Positions 24,660-37,834 of a DNA stretch of 64,000 bases are shown here, one piece after another (within the stretch, counting starts at the first letter, position 1; each line of letters begins with the position of its first letter). The stretch comes from Oikopleura dioica (taxonomy: Eukaryota; Animalia; Chordata), in assembly GCA_907165135.1 (NCBI GenBank), contig OU015568.1:10044001-10108000 (forward strand). Direction: 5' to 3'. A program made the translations under genes and the position numbers. The notes beneath the pieces are model-generated. The model worked only from the letters and a program-made list of their open reading frames with translations. It made no database searches and was not told the DNA's origin.

Positions 24660-25592
24660 CTATTTCATCAGATTATACAAAATGAAGCTGCCGATAATGG
24701 TAACACCAATAACCGGAATCCACGGAAATTCAAGCTCTTCAGATTTCTTTTCTTTTGGCGGATACCTTCTGTATCGATTGTAGTCGTCTATTGTGCGAGT
24801 GTGGACACTGCCATAACTAACAGATAGTTTCTGGACTGGTCTATTTTGATTAATTTTATCGGATTGTGTCGTCAGCTGATCATCGTATTTGGCTGTTGTT
24901 TTACCAACCTTTCTTACTGAACGCGATGAAGTGGCGTTTCTTTTTGTGCTTGATGGTTTTTTTGACTCTGATTTTGTCTTCGGCTTAGGCTTGACAGCTT
25001 GGGCATCTGATCGTTGAGTTAAGGGAGGAAAATTGCCATTAAAATCGTTCGTCAAGTCAACAGAACGATTATTCACAGTGATTGATGGCTGAATTGACAA
25101 ATTTGATGGAATTTCTATGTAGTAACCGTCCCCGCTGAAGATCTTGGGAGAACTTTTATTATTCTTCGTTGTTTGTTTTGAAGTTTTAGATTTTCGACCG
25201 GTATTCGTTGATCGACTAGAAGGTTCTTTATAACCACATGTTTTTCCCAGTAAACATCTCTGACATAAAGCTTTTTCATGAGGTTTGTTGAGATCAGGTT
25301 CACCACTGTATTCAAGCTCATTCATCCAATCTGGATACACCTCTCGGTTACACTCAAGACATCTTTGCCAGTAATTTGCATGAGCATAGGCACTCTCCCA
25401 CCATTTTCCACAAACGCATTCAAAGTAACCAAAGAGATTTCCATCTCCGCCGTATTCTCTTTTGTCTCCGATCTCATACAAAATAGTTCCACAACTCTTA
25501 CATTCGATTTCCGTTTGTTTACGAGCAGTTGTTGTCTGTCGAAGTTGACAATATTCGCAAAAGAAGTATCTCTTTATCCATGCACGCGGCAT
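24660..25592 (-). CDS. ZCCHC24-like 3CxxC zinc-finger protein with extra N-terminal Zn ribbon and C-terminal transmembrane helix; intronless, 310 aa
   Basis: FGYFECVCGKWWESAYAHANYWQRCLECNREVYP...KPHEKALCQRC aligns with the ZCCHC24 C-terminal domain (FGEYKCPKC.RKWMSGNSWAN..Q.C..C...VYP...K.H...LC.KC). The N-terminus has CEYC...CKSC. The protein ends WIPVIGVTIIGSFILYNLMK. Confidence 0.8.
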   Translation of the reverse strand: MPRAWIKRYFFCEYCQLRQTTTARKQTEIECKSCGTILYEIGDKREYGGDGNLFGYFECVCGKWWESAYAHANYWQRCLECNREVYPDWMNELEYSGEPDLNKPHEKALCQRCLLGKTCGYKEPSSRSTNTGRKSKTSKQTTKNNKSSPKIFSGDGYYIEIPSNLSIQPSITVNNRSVDLTNDFNGNFPPLTQRSDAQAVKPKPKTKSESKKPSSTKRNATSSRSVRKVGKTTAKYDDQLTTQSDKINQNRPVQKLSVSYGSVHTRTIDDYNRYRRYPPKEKKSEELEFPWIPVIGVTIIGSFILYNLMK

Positions 25593-25851
25593 TAAAAAAG
25601 GACCTCAGTTGGAGGAGTGGGCCAGCTTCAACTGAGTTTTAATCAAATAAAAATCGCAGAAGAACAAATAATTGGAGATTTCATGAGGTCATATGTAACG
25701 GTAAAACAACTGCATACTAAGAATTAAAATCGAAATTAACTTATCTCGATGTTATCAAAAATTCACAAAAACGGTGAAATTCTCTAGAACGCATCCCTAG
25801 AACCGATGTTGATCTCATTTTGAAATCAGTTTGAACGGAACCGTTTAGAAA

Positions 25852-28800
25852 ATGCTGAACTCCGAAAAATACAAAGGGCAGACCAGCTACTCGCAGAATA
25901 TTGTTCACAAATGCGAAGAAAGATTGAAGAATGTGCTGAAAGAGCAGACACAGATCAAATGCAGAATCAAAAGTATTCAAGACGAAATTGAAATCATCGA
26001 CAAGCAACTGCACAATAACGCGCCAAAGCATATTCTCGACAGACTTATAAAGGTAACTATTGGTTTAATAGGACTAAAAACTATTAAAAAACCCTTACAA
26101 AACCATATTTTAACGTCATTTTGACCTTCAATTTTCAGCTTTTGGTAGAGAACTCATGATTTTATAAAAAAAATAAGTTTGTTCTAGAGATAATTTTCAG
26201 GGACGAACATGTCTGTCGACCGAGCTCAGTGGCGAGGTAGCGAAAGAAGAAAAACTTGCACTCGACCACGATGTGATCACACTGGAGCTCGAAAAAGCGC
26301 GCATTGAGCTGTCGAAACTCGAAGATCTGCAGAAACAAAATGAGCCCTTCGAGCTGATGCAGCAGGCAGAACTCGATGGAATTCGCGACAAGAGGTTGAA
26401 CAAGGAAAAATATGCTGCGAAAAAAGCAATACATATGGTAAGTCAAAATTTTAAAACAACGTTCTCTTCCTTGATTTCCGCAGTTAATTCTTGAACCTCA
26501 ATATTTTCTTTTAGCTGCATAAAAACCGTCGAATACAAGAAGCAGACAAGGACGAGCAAACTCATCAGATAATGACCGAAATCGACGGAGCCCTGACTAC
26601 TCACCAAAGACTGGAGCCATTTTTAAAAGACACAGCTCACCTTGTCAGCCAGCAGAAAAGAAACGCCAAGCTGGCGGAGCAAAACTTTGACACTCGTAGA
26701 AGAGATGAAATTATGAAGCTAAAGTCAGCGATCTCTGCAAGTCGTGATGATATCACAGCCAATGAGGGCAAACGTGGCGAACGAAGGCGAAAGCAGATTG
26801 AGAAAGAACAGAACAGAATAAAAGAACTCATGGCCAGCGGTTTGACCGAAAGAGCGGCGCAAATTCAGCTTTTCCGCGAGAAAAAGAGGAAAGAAGATGA
26901 AAAAATTTCGAATCTCTCTCGACCAAAATTACTCAAGCCATTGCTCGCGAAGGAGACCCAGTCAAATAACTCAGAAACTGCAGCAGTTGACGTCGAGGCT
27001 CCGATAGAACAGCTTGATTTTGGATCACGTGAGTACAAAGTTTAGTAGAACTGAAATTTTACTTTTGTTATAGTCGGAGACATTGGATCAGATAAAGACT
27101 CATCGTCCCAACTGAATCCATTAAAAGCCGGTGGGGTACAACGAGTAAAGAGCTACACAAGATGGGGCGTCGGAAAAATTAATATGATGAATAAACTCGG
27201 TGGTCGACCTGTTACAATCTGCCAAAATGATTCTGACAGTTCTGATGAAGAAGAAATGGACGAGGAAGAAGAGGAGCGTCAAAAAGCTCTAGCTGCGAAA
27301 CGAGCGGAAGATGAAGGGCGAATATTGATCCAGCCTGAATTCGATGGCCTTTGGGGCGCGGGAACTAAAGCGTCCGGCGACTTTGACGACTTCGACTTTG
27401 GAGATCGCGATAATGAAACAAAAGTCATCGAAGCGACCGACTTCGTTTCTAAGCCTGATGTCATTAAATTCGTAGACTTCAAGCTAGACCAGAAAGAAGG
27501 TTACACCGTCGTCGTGCAGCTCATCAACGTTTCGCACAATACATCTTCTATTCGTTATCATTCGTTGTCGACGACATTATCAGACTTCTGCTCAGTGGAA
27601 TACGAGCCTTGCGCGCCTCTCTCGCCTGGAATGGCTACTTCTTTCAAGCTGACTTTCCGCCCTGCTCTGATCCAAGTTATAACTGGATCTATCGTCTTTA
27701 CAACTCCTCTTGGAAGCTTGACGATTCCAGTAGAATGCATTCCTCCTCGCGTCCAGCCAAAGATCGACGTCGGCCCAGAAGGAATTCAATTCGGAAAGAC
27801 AGTTGTCGGAGAAGTTGTCGAACGCGTAGTCACGCTTACTAATATTGGTGCCATGGGCGGCGAATTCACGTGCAAATTGCAGTTCGAAGGCGACGAACAA
27901 AGAGCTCTTCTTCATCAAGACGATGATAACGATCCTGACTCCGACAACGATCCTGACCACATTGGCATCATAGACGAAATCAGCATGTACCCAGAGCACG
28001 GTGGGCTGCTTCACGCTGGCTCAGACGCAGAAATTACGCTCACATACTCGCCGAAAATGCCTGGGTCTACAACGGCCGAGCTGAAGATCAAAGTATTCAA
28101 GACGAAGAGCAACGATTCAAAAGATGTTGGGGCACTCTTTGTGGAAGAATTCATAGTAGCTGTCAACGCATCTTCGATTGATCTACCAGTTTCGGTTTCC
28201 AATAGCGAATTTGATCTCGGAGTGATGACATACGGATTCATGTTTCAAGAACAATTCACGGTTCACAACACAGCCAACGCTGCCAGAGTGGTCAGTTTCG
28301 TCGTGCCCAAAGAATTCGAGTCAATGGTAGAAATGTACCCAAAAACTGGTTATGTCCAAGGCAAGTCTTCGATGCAAGCTCATGTCAGATTCCAGCCAGA
28401 TGCAAATACAGTACTTGAGCTCGAAGAGCAAGAATCGCCATTCTACGATCCGGAGAATTTCATCATCGAGGTTCCTGTTCTACTGAAGGTAGCAGAGCAA
28501 ACACGCCCACTCGAGCTTTACGTGTATGGAATCGTAACAGATATGGAACTCAAGCTGAGCACGCACAAGATTGATTTCGGCTATTGTACGATTCACGAAA
28601 GCGTGTACCACACTGTAACAATAACAAATCCGACACTGCTGATTCAAGACTTTGGTTTCCCGAACATTCCCGACTTTATATCAGTTCGGCCTGATTTAGG
28701 ATTTGGCTCGATCACACCGGAAGAAAACCTCGATGTCGACATCAGTTTCATGCCATCCACAGCTGGCGAGTACAAATTTGAAGTTGTCATAGAAACTATT

Positions 28801-30642
28801 AGAGGCTTCAAAGGTGTCATCGAATGTCAAGGAATTGCTGTTCATCCTCCGCTAGAATTGTCCAAGCAACATATTGACTTCACCACGCCACTCCATGGCA
28901 CGCACCGAGAATCGTTCTACATCTACAACAATCACACTGAAATCGCCGAATTCCATCAATCCATTCCACGCATTGGAAAAGAAGATTACTTTCCCGTTGG
29001 GCCGATCTCATTTTGCTTCACGTATCCGGAATCATGCGGCTTGATATTTTCTCCCGCGGTTGGAACAATCTATCCGGGTGAAAGACAGTTCGTCACGATA
29101 ATGTGCAACCCGACGTTGATGGAGAACGATATTATTGCCATGATGCGTGCTTTACATATGGAAAAAACTGGCGATGATGGAAGCGGACTGGGCAAAACGC
29201 AGAGTCGAAATAATTTGGGCAGAAAGCGTTCTATGGCACAAGTTGGCAAGATCGGAAGAAAACAGAGCAGAACAGAGGCTGCGAAAGATTCTTTCCAAGC
29301 TAACAAAGGAAATCCTTTATATTGGGTAGCACGAGACAAACTAACGCGCTGCTACAATTCCACCAACGATTTCATCCCCGTTCCTTGCTTTATAACGCCA
29401 GGTTCCACTTCCGAATTGACGCTCTCGTCTGATCAGTGTCGCTATGAAAACTGTCTCTGGGTGCACGTCCGCGTTCGCAGACTTCGACCCTGGATAGTCG
29501 TCAAGAATTTCAACGGAAAACCAGCAGTTGATTTTGGATCGGCACCGATTGGCGAGACTGAAAAGCGAACATTGCTGGTGGAAAATATTTCCGATCAAAC
29601 GGTGGAAATGAAATCCTCCTTGTTGGATCCTCATGGGCCCTTCCAGCTACTCAATCCTTTAGGCGAGCTCGAACCTGGCGAAACGCACTTTTTGCTATTG
29701 ACCTTCAGTCCGATCAGAGACAAGCCCTATCATGAAGTTCTTCAAGTGCATCAAACTCAAGAAGACTGTGAACATGTGGCGACTCTCGACATCTCCATGA
29801 CTGGCACAGGTCTTCGTCCGACTTGCTCGCTGATTCACAACGGCATAACTCTTCCCAGCGATCCGACCATCAACATGGGAATCGTTCAACCGAATCAAGA
29901 GGCCAAGACAACAATCACCATCCGTAACACCTCCGAGTTCCCGATCAAGTTCAGAATCTCCCTTGATTCCGACAACGATCAATTCCTCGCAAATAACCGA
30001 TCTGGACGAGTGTTGTTCAATTGCGCCCCTTCGTTTGGAATTCTGTCGATGGCAGATGAGATCAAGCTAAATATTTCATTCACACCCGATCACATGGGTG
30101 TGTTTAAAGATGTACTTAACCTTCGCCTCTTCGGAAGAGAGTACGGAAAAGTCCACATCCATGGAATGGCGATTTTGAATTCAGCCTTCCTTGATAACGT
30201 CGGATACTCCAGTCAACGAAAAGGAGCCGGAGTTGGTTTTTCAAAGGCCGATATTGGAAACGACCAGAAGATTCTTGAGCCTGTCTTAGTCAAGCTTGAA
30301 GCTATCCCAGATCAGGTGATAACGGAGTACGTTGGTAAAATTGTGATTCGAGCAATTCCACTATCTCACAAGCCGAAGACGACATTCGAGATCTTTTGCG
30401 TCGACAAGGACAAGACTTTCGATGACTACCCAATTACGATCACCCCTGGCGTCACTGGAGAAGTAGAGTCTGGCAACGATCTCGAAATCTTCTTCAAGTT
30501 CGACGGAATTATCAAGTTGCCTTTCGACAAGTTCATGATTCGATTGAAAGGAGACAAGCTCAGTGAGTACAATCTCGTCTTTGCCACTGAAGACATGGAC
30601 AGAAGCTGGGATGCGCTGCCTGCCAATTCTTTGTTCTTATAA
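25852..30642 (+). CDS. CFAP74: Cilia- and flagella-associated protein 74 (~1506 aa)
   Basis: Exons 25852-26052, 26201-26437, 26515-27028 and 27074-30642, GT-AG with consistent phases. Coiled-coil N-terminus, then FVSKPDVIKFVDF...EPCAPLSPGMATSFKLTFRP...GSIVFTTPLGSLTIPVEC and repeated ASH/Ig-like (F/I)DFG modules typical of CFAP74. Confidence 0.9.
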
Positions 30643-32417
30643 CTGTATATATCTATTTTTATTTTTGTATAATATAATCGTATTTATTTTTATAATTTAT
30701 GTGTTTTTTATTTCTTCTTCGGTTCAATTGGAATGAAAAAGGCGGAGCTCTGAGAATCGGAAGCATTTGCTGGCTTTGACCGAGGCGATCCGAGTCTAAA
30801 TCCTATGAAGCGCATCTATCTAATTTTAGACGATGAAACGGTCAAAGGTTGGATTGATGGCATCTTTTTCCCGTCAAGTTAATCACGTTTTTCATTGATG
30901 ATTGGCAATTTTCAGAAGTACTGACTAGATTGACTTATTAGGCATCTGTTGCATTCGTGTCAAATTCTCATGCAACATGATTATCTTGTTTTTAGCAAGA
31001 GCTTTAATTTATGCTTTATGGAAATATCATGCTGAGGATTCTTAGGCAACGATTTTTCTAAAACGTCACTATTCTATTTTAACAAAAATAAGAATTTCTT
31101 CAAATTCCAGGTATTGTCTGAGATTCTTTGACAAGACTACCTGATTATTTAAAGTTGGAATGCACGTAGGACTCTCCTTTTTGGACGGTTATAATGGGAT
31201 ACTAATAATGGAGGTTATCACGTCAAAGTTTAGATTCTAAACTTTTCAATGCGCATCACATGCCTTTGATTCAAAACAGATTCTTTTATATTCAACTCGT
31301 CCATGTGTATTTGCTCGAGCTCTGTAAGCCCCTTGATTTCCAAACTAGTCCATTATTAATATTGTTTATCCCGGACTTCCCCTGCGAATATGAATTGCTT
31401 CCTGGTCTGAATAATGAACATGTTCACGTGGATGCTAATAATTGATTTTTTGATGGTTTATTTAGCAGATTTTCGTTCCATTGAAATAGTTTTGAAGAAT
31501 ACTTGACGGCTCATTGTAAAATCAACGCACTCAAACTTATCAACGTTCAACAAGTTCATACAATCACTAGCTGAATCAATGCTTCAGAGATTCAAAACTA
31601 TCGAAATTCTCTTTTACCGAGGCATAATTAAATTTTACGAAACAAAGTCCCCTTGAAGTCCCTTTCATAAAGCCATGGGAATCATATAAAGCAAACTTTC
31701 TTTCACGTCGCAGTAAAAGGCCTTGATGAATGATACTGAGCATTTTCTGAGGGTTGTGGATTCATGCGTTCCATTGTGCGTGCCTCGTAAAAATGACCTC
31801 ACCTACTACATACGCAATCTTCAAAGAGACACCGCTCTTTCTTCCGCCGTTCCTTCCGCTCTTTCTCGATTCTTTTGCCAAATATGGCGAGTTCCTTAAA
31901 TTATTATTAACATTCTTTCCAAAAAAAACTAGAATCTTCTGCGCTCTTTATCAGCGGAAGAAACGCTCGTTCTTAAAATTCTTCCCTCAAAGAGCGTATA
32001 ATTAGTTCTTTGACAAAGTTTGACTCATATATACCGGAATAATTTCTTTGATATGCAGCAAGCGAAGTCCGAGCAGATTAATATCTACGAATCTAAAATC
32101 GCCTTCTATCTTGACGGTCAAGACCTGCCATGTCGAATGCAGATATCTTGGATTAGCCAGCTCCTTTTTTATATACATTTCTTTGCAGAGAAGATTCCCG
32201 GCTCCTAATGGCGTCAGTTTTTATTAAACATAGCTTCTAACCACATGATTAGCGGGGTAAATGTGACTAGAGTATTCTCTGTACAATGTTCATTGCATTT
32301 GTTACAAGGAGAGCCTGATGCCTGAGGCGCCCTCTCTCTCTGAATGTCGCTGTTGTGAGTCTTGGTTCATAAAGGTATGTCTACAGACCAGATGCCAAAC
32401 TTTAACACTGATAAAAT

Positions 32418-33470
32418 ATGTTGAAATTGCAATCTATTTTTACATTTATTTTACTATTCGGAGAGATTAAAGCCTCTATAAGAAGAGAGAGAAGATATGA
32501 AATGAGCAAAGATCTTTGTAGCTCTGAATATAGAGCTAAAGCTTGTAATACTTGTGCGATGGGTAAGTCTAAAATTTCATCAGATCAAGTGAAGAAAGGA
32601 TTTTAAACTCATACCTTTTGTAGGCTATCACTTCAACTCATTAGATCACAGATCGATGATCTTCTGCAAACACCTTTTCCTCTGCTCAGGCGGTTGCCAG
32701 TTCGGAAAAGCTGTCCAAATGTTCCCAACATCTTCTGATAAATGTCTCGAGCAACAATGTGGCAGAGATCACAGCCCTTCAAACAATCAGAAGCAAGCCA
32801 TCGTCGATTCAGTACTTGACAATATCGCAATATCTGGAACAATGAATGACGAAGACTTGATTCTGTCGAAAGACTACGATGGAGTCTTGGATGAAATGAA
32901 CCGAAAACTGTCGTACAATGAACAGTGTCGCCTCGCTCATACAGAGCTAACGTAAGTTTATCCTCAGCAAATACTATCATTGTTACAGAGAGCCTCAATC
33001 TTCTATAGAAGAATCTCTTTTTATTCAAAAAGTAGCCGTTCAGAATAATGAAAATGCCAAAGTTAAAATTAATTGACCTCGTGCGTAAACCTTTTAGTAA
33101 ATCATCACGAGAGGAGTTAATATCCGAAACAATAAGTAATAAAAGTAGCCCAGGTGTCAATCTAGCGAGGTGTCAACAGTTTAACTTGAGTTATTATCTG
33201 CTGATAGTCATAACAAATACACAATAGAATTCCTGAACTATTATTAATTTAAATTCTTTGATGCGTACTCATAAAAAGAACCTAATCATTTTATGATGAG
33301 CTTATCAAGTTGATGATTCTGTTTTTTCAGGCTGGACAAGGATCAAATCAAGACGAGGGTAAACTGCCGCGAACCTTCTGAATTCTTCGCGACATTGGCG
33401 CCATGGTTCTTCCTCAGTGGCCTTATCATGCTCTTGACAGCCTCACTTTATGCCTTTTGCGTCACTAAAC
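32418..33470 (+). CDS. Type I membrane protein with signal peptide, basic propeptide site and Cys-rich (possibly TNFR-like) ectodomain; last exon unresolved
   Basis: Exons 32418-32562, 32624-32951 and 33331-33470 splice in frame (GT-AG). Features: MLKLQSIFTFILLFGEIKA signal, RRERR basic site, C..C..C..GY...C...C...C..G...D.C...C, and TM segment LAPWFFLSGLIMLLTASLYAFCV. Confidence 0.7.
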
Positions 33471-33932
33471 GTAAGTAGAAGATATTTTATTAGCAAGTGA
33501 ATAAAGAATTATTAGAAAAATATGCACCGAGACGGACGGAAAACTCAACTGTCGGGTCACCTCTTAGCGAAAGATCGCACCTTCTGAAAAACTCACATTC
33601 GGATGGAACTTTCTCAGACACGACGATACCCCGCGAATAAAAGAAACTGTACTTCAAGCACTCATCAGTCATTCAACCCATCCACTAAATTGTAAATTGA
33701 CATTTCACCGTGGAACTCGTACTGTACCTCATACTGCCACAACTTTGTTTCTTGAGAAATTGAACCGTACTGTCCGCTGCTTCCTGTTTTATAGAACACT
33801 TTTTAAATAAATTATTTGTCTATTTAATTATCGAATTTCGAAGGCTTTTTATTGAATCAGGGGCAGATCAGATCATACAGAAATTTAAACATTGAACATT
33901 AACATTAAACGAATTTTGAACTATCAAGAATT

Positions 33933-35365
33933 TTACTTTTCAAAGTCGAACTTGTATCCCAAGTCGTGACGCGCCTGTGTGAGGATTTCTGCCGTCAAAA
34001 TCGACATTCGCGAGTCCCATTCAACAGGTTCTGTTAGGCCTTGTTGAAGTGCTCTTCTAACGCCGGCAATTTCGTGACGCATATTAGCAGAGTGGGTAAA
34101 GTTGAACGGCTGTTCTGCTTCTGGTGGGGGAATTCTAACTTTTCGACATCTTCAGGCTTGTCGTTTTTATGAATTTCAACCTTGTAGCCGCTCCAGAAAT
34201 CAGGAAGAACAATTTTTCCTTGCTCGAGCGTGACTGTACAAGTCTGATCGTACTGAAAGAAAATATAAATTTGAAGAGGATGATCGAAGTTACCTGCTCT
34301 AAAGTAGAAGTCTTCGCGATGCCTGTTCGGCCATCCGAAAACTCCATTTGTATCTCCACTTTGTCATCCACTCCAGTGTCTTTATCCGTTGAACCAGTTA
34401 CAGTCATTTTGCTCGGTTTCTCATCGTTGAAGCCAGTTAAAACACCCATTACAGCATACACGCTAAAAATAGACAATAAGCAGTGATAACCTTTAAATAA
34501 ACCTTTATTACGCAGGTTATCTCTTACCCGAGGTCTAATAGAGCTCCTCCTCCAAACTCCTTCTTTTTTATTCTTGGCACGTTGATGATGTCGATTCCAA
34601 GATTAGCTTCGACAGTCTTGACCGCTCCAAGCGAGCCGGATCTTATTATCTCGCGCATTTTATTTATGTTCGGATTATAGCGGCTCTAAAGATAAATCGT
34701 CAAGCTAACTTGACTCTTTTGAATTCCCTGTCTTTCCAAATGATTGATAGCAGACAGACTTACCCACATAGCTTCAGCGAGAAACAGCTTTTTTGATTGA
34801 GCGAGAGCAAAGACCTCCTTCGCCTGGTCAGCGTTGAGGCAAAGGGTTTTCTCGCAAAAGACGTGCTTTCCAGCGTTGAGGATAGTTTTGATCCATTCGT
34901 AGTGGAAATTGTTCAAAGTACCAATGTACACTATTTCCACATTTGGGTCTTAATTTTTAATAAGGCTTTCTTCCACAATCTTTTGAACGGTTGAATTAGG
35001 AGTCAAGTGTAAATAAAACAGCGATTCTCTAACTTTTTAAAACTCTCCATTGAAAAGCTTCCAACGATAATGTTAGATATTAAAATGAACCTACCTTCTA
35101 CTAAAGCATCGTAACCCTCGTAGACAGTCGGAATATTAAACTTGTCTGCCATCTCTTGAGCAGATTTCTATAGAAAGATTTGTCAAAGTCTATTTCTAAT
35201 TATCCAAATTGAAAAAATGCGGGATAAACTCGTAATCACCTTCGAACGGGCCGCTATTGCGACTGGTAGATTCTCGCCAGCGGGCAAGGTAGTCATGGCC
35301 GCGAGAAAATCATTGCAGATCTTCGCAGCTGATAGGATTCCCCATTTTAGCGGCTTTTCGGGCAT
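33933..35365 (-). CDS. DHDH: Trans-1,2-dihydrobenzene-1,2-diol dehydrogenase (GFO/IDH/MocA family)
   Basis: LKWGILSAAKICNDF, DPNVEIVYIGT, AGKHVFCEKT, LFLAEAMW, GGGALLDLGVY, FNFTHSANMRHE...GLTE; six exons with GT-AG introns. A one-base frameshift at the G5 run 34126-34130 is needed to reach the conserved C-terminus. Confidence 0.92.
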
Positions 35366-35533
35366 TCTTTAATTCTCACAATTAATAACTTAGATTCTGG
35401 ATTGGTTTTAAATGGAAAATACATAATCATAGAATAGAAAAATATAAGTGCAAAGATTCGTGAAAGAAAACAAGTGCGCGGCATTCCAGGTCATGAAGAA
35501 TGAGAAAAGAATGTCTGTAAGGCTAATTGAAGA

Positions 35534-37653
35534 TCAGAAGACTTTGAGTTCCATGATAGCAGATCGAACTTTGGAAGAAATTGATGGAGGAAAGGTTGCT
35601 TGTCGACTTTTGAGAATTGAGCTGGCCTGACGTAATCCGTTGGAGCATGTTAATGCCCTCTCGTATCTTTCGCTCGCTTGAATGTCGAGTGCGCCTAATT
35701 TCAAAATTGTTAATATTAAAATGCGTATAAGGCGACTCAATAAACTTATGAAAAATTAAAGAAAGATACCTGGAGCCTGTTGCAGATTTTCCAGTATGAT
35801 ATTGCCAAAATGACGTCCTATTAGACACAGTCCATCAAGAACTGTCTCAAGTGTCGACTCCTCTTTCGACATTATAAGGGAAAGTAGAGACGGTTTTATT
35901 TCTGAATAAGACTTTTTGATCAAATGAAACAGCGTTTTACCCAACCTGACAAGAGTTTATGGCACATGGAAAGATTCCAGACGTTGATTCGGCGATTTAT
36001 AACATTGAGGATGTCAATGAGGACGGTTTCATCTTCGAGTGCGATGGTGTTATCCAACACTGATTCGACATCTGGCCAGGATTCGCAAGCTGAGACCAGA
36101 TTCTCTCTAAATAATGTAAGAAAAATAAGGAAGCAAGACGAACCTTCTATTTCTTAAGATATCTCCGATAGAGCCGTCCACCAATTTTTCAAGATCTACT
36201 CTTCCCCGTCCGCGTACGTGCGGAACATGAGGAACTTCTCGATTCTTTTGAGGTCGAGTCGCAGGAACCGAGCTTCTTACACTGACATCGCTTTTCTCTC
36301 GTCGATAGGGTTCTTCGAATCTTTGTTCTCGCGACGACGGAATATCAATCATCGAGCGCTGGACAATTTGCGGTTTCATTACGTTATTGAAATCGCTATT
36401 TCCGGATAAAATCAATACTTGATAACATAGAAGAGAACGCAAAAGATAATGAGGTCTAAATTTTATCCGTTCCTTTTTGACACTTTCGGTAAATTCTTAA
36501 AATCTCCTTGTCTTGGTGGGACAACATATGTTTCTCCAGCTGTTTTTACATTTGCTTTTTTGTCGAACAACGCAGCGAACTTCTGCATATCCTTTATTTC
36601 GATTTTGGCACCAGTAGCGTCATCGGAGAACGGCGAGTCCACGTTGTACATACTTTCCATCGTCCCAGGCCTCGATTGCTCGAAAATACCCCTCGACGAT
36701 CCAGCAGTTTGCGGCGTATCAGGCTGCTCCAAGCAAAGTTTCATGATGTCGAATTGCATTAATTTTCCCGGCGCTTTTGCGTCATCACAAATCACGAGGA
36801 GTTCGCTCTCAAGAGCGAATGCACTGTGTACGCGTCGGAAAGGAGAATTAACTGAATCGTAGATGCGGTTGGACTCGAGCCCGACAACTTTTAATCCGTC
36901 TTCTGTCAGCGCAAAGCACACTGGTTTTACGGGATGGAAGGCTATCGACTCGACGCGGCTTGGACTGATTACGCTTGACGTTGTTTCTTTCGTTTCTAAG
37001 TCGAAGATATTGACGCAAGAATTGCCAGGAATGACTCCACCAGAAAAGGTCGAATAAACCATGATCATTTCTCGTTGGTGAAATTGAACATTTCCAGGAT
37101 TCTGACAAGATAAATTTACGAGCGGAGCTCCCTCAGAATTCACATCGTAGACTTTGATACTCTCCTCATCTGCGACTGCAATCAACCTACCATCAGGAGA
37201 AAAGGCGCAGCTTAGAATGACAGCTCCTCCTTTTCGCCCGAATGTTCGAAAGAAGCCCTTGCGCTTGATGTCCCATAGTCGGAGCCTGCCATCTTTGCTC
37301 CCGCTAGCGCAAACGACTGTTTCTTCGTTTGGATAAAACGCCAGACATGTAATTCCGAGGCGATGTCCCTCGAGATTGCGCATTAGTCGAGCTTCCTTCA
37401 AATCCCAGATTTTGACAAGACCGTCAGCATCTCCAGACGCGAGAAGAGTATTTGTGCTGTTGAACGCGAGTTTGGTAACTGGACTCAGATGTGGGGGCAT
37501 TTTCATAATTGCTTCGCCACAAGAGGTGTCCCAAACTGTAGCGAGTCGTCCATCCCCTCCCGTAGCGCAGAATTTCCCATTTCCGGTAAAAACTGCTGAC
37601 AGAAGACGATCAGAACCGTGGAAAATACAAACGTCTCTCCCGTTACCGCCCAT
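35534..37653 (-). CDS. KATNB1: Katanin p80 WD40 regulatory subunit B1
   Basis: WD40 exon 36473-37653 (CATGGDGR, IWDLKEARLMRNLEGH, LWDIKRKG, AFSPDGR). The con80 C-terminal domain is in later exons (VLIDILNVIN...WNLSMC; LDIQASERYERALTC). First intron 36396-36472 is GA-AG; the others are GT-AG. Confidence 0.9.
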
Positions 37654-37834
37654 GCTTAAAATTTGCAAATAAACGATTCTGGTCAAGTTAAAAATGTCAT
37701 CATTGATGAGTTTTATTTTGAATAGTGTTTAATAAAATCGGTAGGGCAGGGTGAGAATAAATTGTTGCCGGAATGTGAAAAGTAAAATTTGAACAGTTGA
37801 AAGTGGTGCTAGTGTTGGTACGGTGCTTCCAGAC

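Noticed and set aside
27279-29982. Antisense ORFs over CFAP74 (likewise over the collagen, KATNB1 and orphan genes)
   Set aside because: Shadow frames produced by codon bias and low-complexity sequence; no independent motifs.
31878-31887. Perfect CArG box CCAAATATGG
   Set aside because: A single 10-mer in AT-rich DNA with no linked muscle gene; expected by chance.
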